NCBI GenBank assembly: GCA_017654855.1
Contig: CM030338.1
Location: 4,030,001-4,094,000 of the forward strand
Length of the DNA: 64,000 nucleotides
Reading direction: 5' to 3'
From: Podospora anserina
Lineage: Eukaryota
Shown here: piece by piece, positions 61,724 through 64,000 of the stretch
Layout of the letters: each line of letters opens with the position of its first letter
Position numbering within the stretch: the first letter of the stretch is position 1
Translations under genes and position numbers: made by a program
Notes under the pieces: model-generated
What the model was told of the DNA's origin: nothing
The model's input: only the letters and a program-made list of their open reading frames with translations
Database searches by the model: none

Positions 61724-62565
61724 ATGACGTCCCCCCAGGATCCACACACCAAGCTCTACTCGCACATCAACGGTCAGACCTCAGATCTTCTCGACCGTTA
61801 CGCCGTCTCGGAGCTTTGCAAAGGCTGGCCGGTTTATCGTGACGCCTCAGAATGGCAAAACTACCGCGATCTCTTCACAGCGGAGGGCGCCTACGTCTGG
61901 ACCAGTATGCCTTTTTCGTCCCCCCACTGTGTCCCCTGTGTACTGACAGCAATGACATAGCTTGGTCTGGCCCACGCACGGTAGATGAGTTCATCTCCAT
62001 CTCCAAAGCCGGCAAGGAGAAGGACGTCTTTATCATGCATCGCGAGTGTGGTACCCTCGTCGAGCTTGGCAAAGACAAGACTCGGGCAATAGGCAAGATG
62101 AAGGCCACCATCACCCACCGCTTCAAGTTTTCCCCTCAACACAGTAACGGAACTCACGCTGCTTTCAACGGCTCCAACGGTACTACCGGCACTCATCCGC
62201 ATGACGCTGCAAAAGCCGAGGGCGAGTACGAGTTTGACGTTGACTGCGACTGCCGCTTCATTTTTTTCGTCGAGAAGAACGCGTCGACCAACAACGAGTG
62301 GAAGACGCGGTATGTGAAGCTCTTTTATGAGAAGGACAAGGTTGTAACGGTAGACGGGTTCACGGCGCCGAGGTTCAGCAAGGCAGAGCTTGAGAGGATA
62401 CCAAAGGGGTATAAATACTTGGGAGCTGCGCAGGCGAGGCTGGGATACGAAATCGACTTGGACTTGCCCACTGCGTCAGGGGAACTTTGGGACCGCATGT
62501 ATGGCGAGATGGAGAAGTGGCTGGATGGGGGAAAGGTCGACTTGTTTTGGGAAGGGAAACAATAA
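61724..62565 (+). CDS. PEP2-like (SnoaL/NTF2-like fold) protein
   Basis: [17 protein letters not shown]...VWT|TWSG...[11 protein letters not shown]...[14 protein letters not shown]...[11 protein letters not shown]...FYEKDK. One intron, about 61905-61960. Confidence 0.8.
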
Positions 62566-63226
62566 GCAATGATTGGAAAGGGTCGCTCGGAGGATATTGG
62601 CTGGTGATACGCATTATACCCGTTTGGATCGGGGGATGTCTTCCATTTCTGTTCTTGTTCATGGCGCATCTTTTTGGTCAGATCCGGCTCAGCATTAGGT
62701 AGTTGACGCCAATGGTAGGTGACAAGATGTGCAGTAATAGACTTTCTCATGGCCGCATGGTAGCTGGCGAACCTCTGTTGACCCCTGAACCAAGCCGCTA
62801 CACACCATCGAGGGCGCACACGACATGGATGACAAGTGACGGCTGCCACCTACCCGGAGGCAACACGATTCCTGGCAGCAAAGTGCTGTCAATGAAGGCG
62901 GGTGCAAACAGGCTCACAACCCGTCCAAATGGCGCCATGTTATGATTCCCAGCTCTTGGTGACACAGACAGAGCGGCTTCCCTCTCCGTGACATGGCCTG
63001 CCTACTCAGGAGAGCCGGCCGATTTCGGAGTTTTGGCAGGTCGTTGAAGGCCAGCCAGGGAGCACACCGCCGCTGCCTGCCGGAGCGTGCATGCGGATCT
63101 ACCGGTGTTTCGGAGGGCAAAGACAGCATCGAGGTCATGTGAGACTTGTTCTGGGACGTTGTAGGTATTTGTGTGTGTCGACTACTACAGGGGGAATCTC
63201 TACAGTCCACCACCATCTCCAGGCCA

Positions 63227-63613
63227 TTACTCGGCAGCGGCGGCGGCGGCAGCCTTCTCCTTGGCGAGCTTCCCCATCTTCTCAACAGCCAGATTCAAGC
63301 TCGGCAGGTTGGCGCCCTGGATCATTGCTTGGCCGTTGACGGCAACCTGGTTGCCCTCCTTGAAGAAGAGGAAGGTGGGCATGGCGGCGACGCTGTATTT
63401 CTGGGCGACAGACTGTACGTGATCGACGTTGACTTTGGCAAAGGCAAGAAAGCCGGGGATCGAGAAGGTAGAAGCCATCTTGGAAAAGTGGGGATTGATG
63501 AGCTTGCACGGGCCGCACCAGTCGGCGTGGAAGTCGGCGATGACATACTTGTTCGACGCGAGGAGGTTGTCGAACTCTTGGTGCGAGCTAATGTGCTTGA
63601 CTTGATCGGCCAT
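63227..63613 (-). CDS. Thioredoxin
   Basis: IADFHADWCGPCK active site, FAKVNVD and AMPTFLFFK. 128 aa, intronless. Confidence 0.95.
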   Translation of the reverse strand: MADQVKHISSHQEFDNLLASNKYVIADFHADWCGPCKLINPHFSKMASTFSIPGFLAFAKVNVDHVQSVAQKYSVAAMPTFLFFKEGNQVAVNGQAMIQGANLPSLNLAVEKMGKLAKEKAAAAAAAE

Positions 63614-64000
63614 TTCGAAATTGGTAATGGTCTTTGGGAGAGAGTCGTGTACGAATGGAAAAGCGACGGAAGGGAGGAGATTGGATCAACGGTTTTGGAT
63701 GCGCGCACTCGAAGTTCGAAGACGGAGGAGATTCGCAATCGCGGGGGATAAAGAGCACAGCCCAGAGAGCTCCATCTGGAGCTTCAGAAGCGGTGGGGCC
63801 ATACTGGAAGTCAACTTCGTGCTGACTAATCATTCATAACCCTAACCCCCTGGGAAAGCGATGATGTCATCCGCTCTGATTCTTGTGTTCTGTCTACGTT
63901 CTTTTATGGGCGTGCCTGGCCACTCTGAAGAAGCAAATATTCTTCACCCTTACGAAGATACTCAGCGATATGTTGCAAGATAAAGGAAGCCGTTCTCTGT

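Noticed and set aside
63836-63850. TAACCC x2 (also TAGGGTTAGGGT near 30891)
   Set aside because: Only two units, and the second instance is AKR coding sequence. Not a telomeric array.
1-64000. tRNA, rRNA, CRISPR arrays, intact transposase, reverse transcriptase or tyrosine recombinase (Starship captain)
   Set aside because: No supporting motifs seen by eye. Small ncRNAs could be missed without covariance-model searches.

Overview
Eukaryotic, intron-containing DNA from a filamentous ascomycete. Short GT-AG introns with CTAAC/CTGAC branch sites, (TACC)n tracts and gene content suggest Sordariales, possibly Podospora-like; this is inferred, not verified. The window opens with about 1.3 kb of AT-rich, degenerate-looking sequence. 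Next come three tandem J-domain (HPD) + coiled-coil paralogues that share an intron position, all disrupted as written. The rest is mostly intact genes: CHS7, a DUF3716-like Cys protein, mitoribosomal bS6m and uL15m, DCN1, MVP1, a secreted S41 peptidase, a TF/NmrA/aldo-keto reductase/ADH group, an alpha-arrestin, a Clg1-like cyclin, a long coiled-coil protein, a stand-alone AA8 cytochrome, an HD-domain protein, a PEP2/SnoaL-like protein and thioredoxin. A 9.4 kb gap without recognisable genes lies between the cyclin and the coiled-coil gene. The three most interesting observations: (1) a hidden alternative first exon with its own promoter-like sequence inside the 1.1 kb DCN1 intron, swapping the UBA-like N-terminus for a basic one; (2) the decayed J-domain trio, with in-frame stops hiding NLS-like tails; (3) overlapping GC/GT donors in the arrestin gene that determine whether the PY-motif tail is made. 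All exon models were derived by hand; no searches were run.
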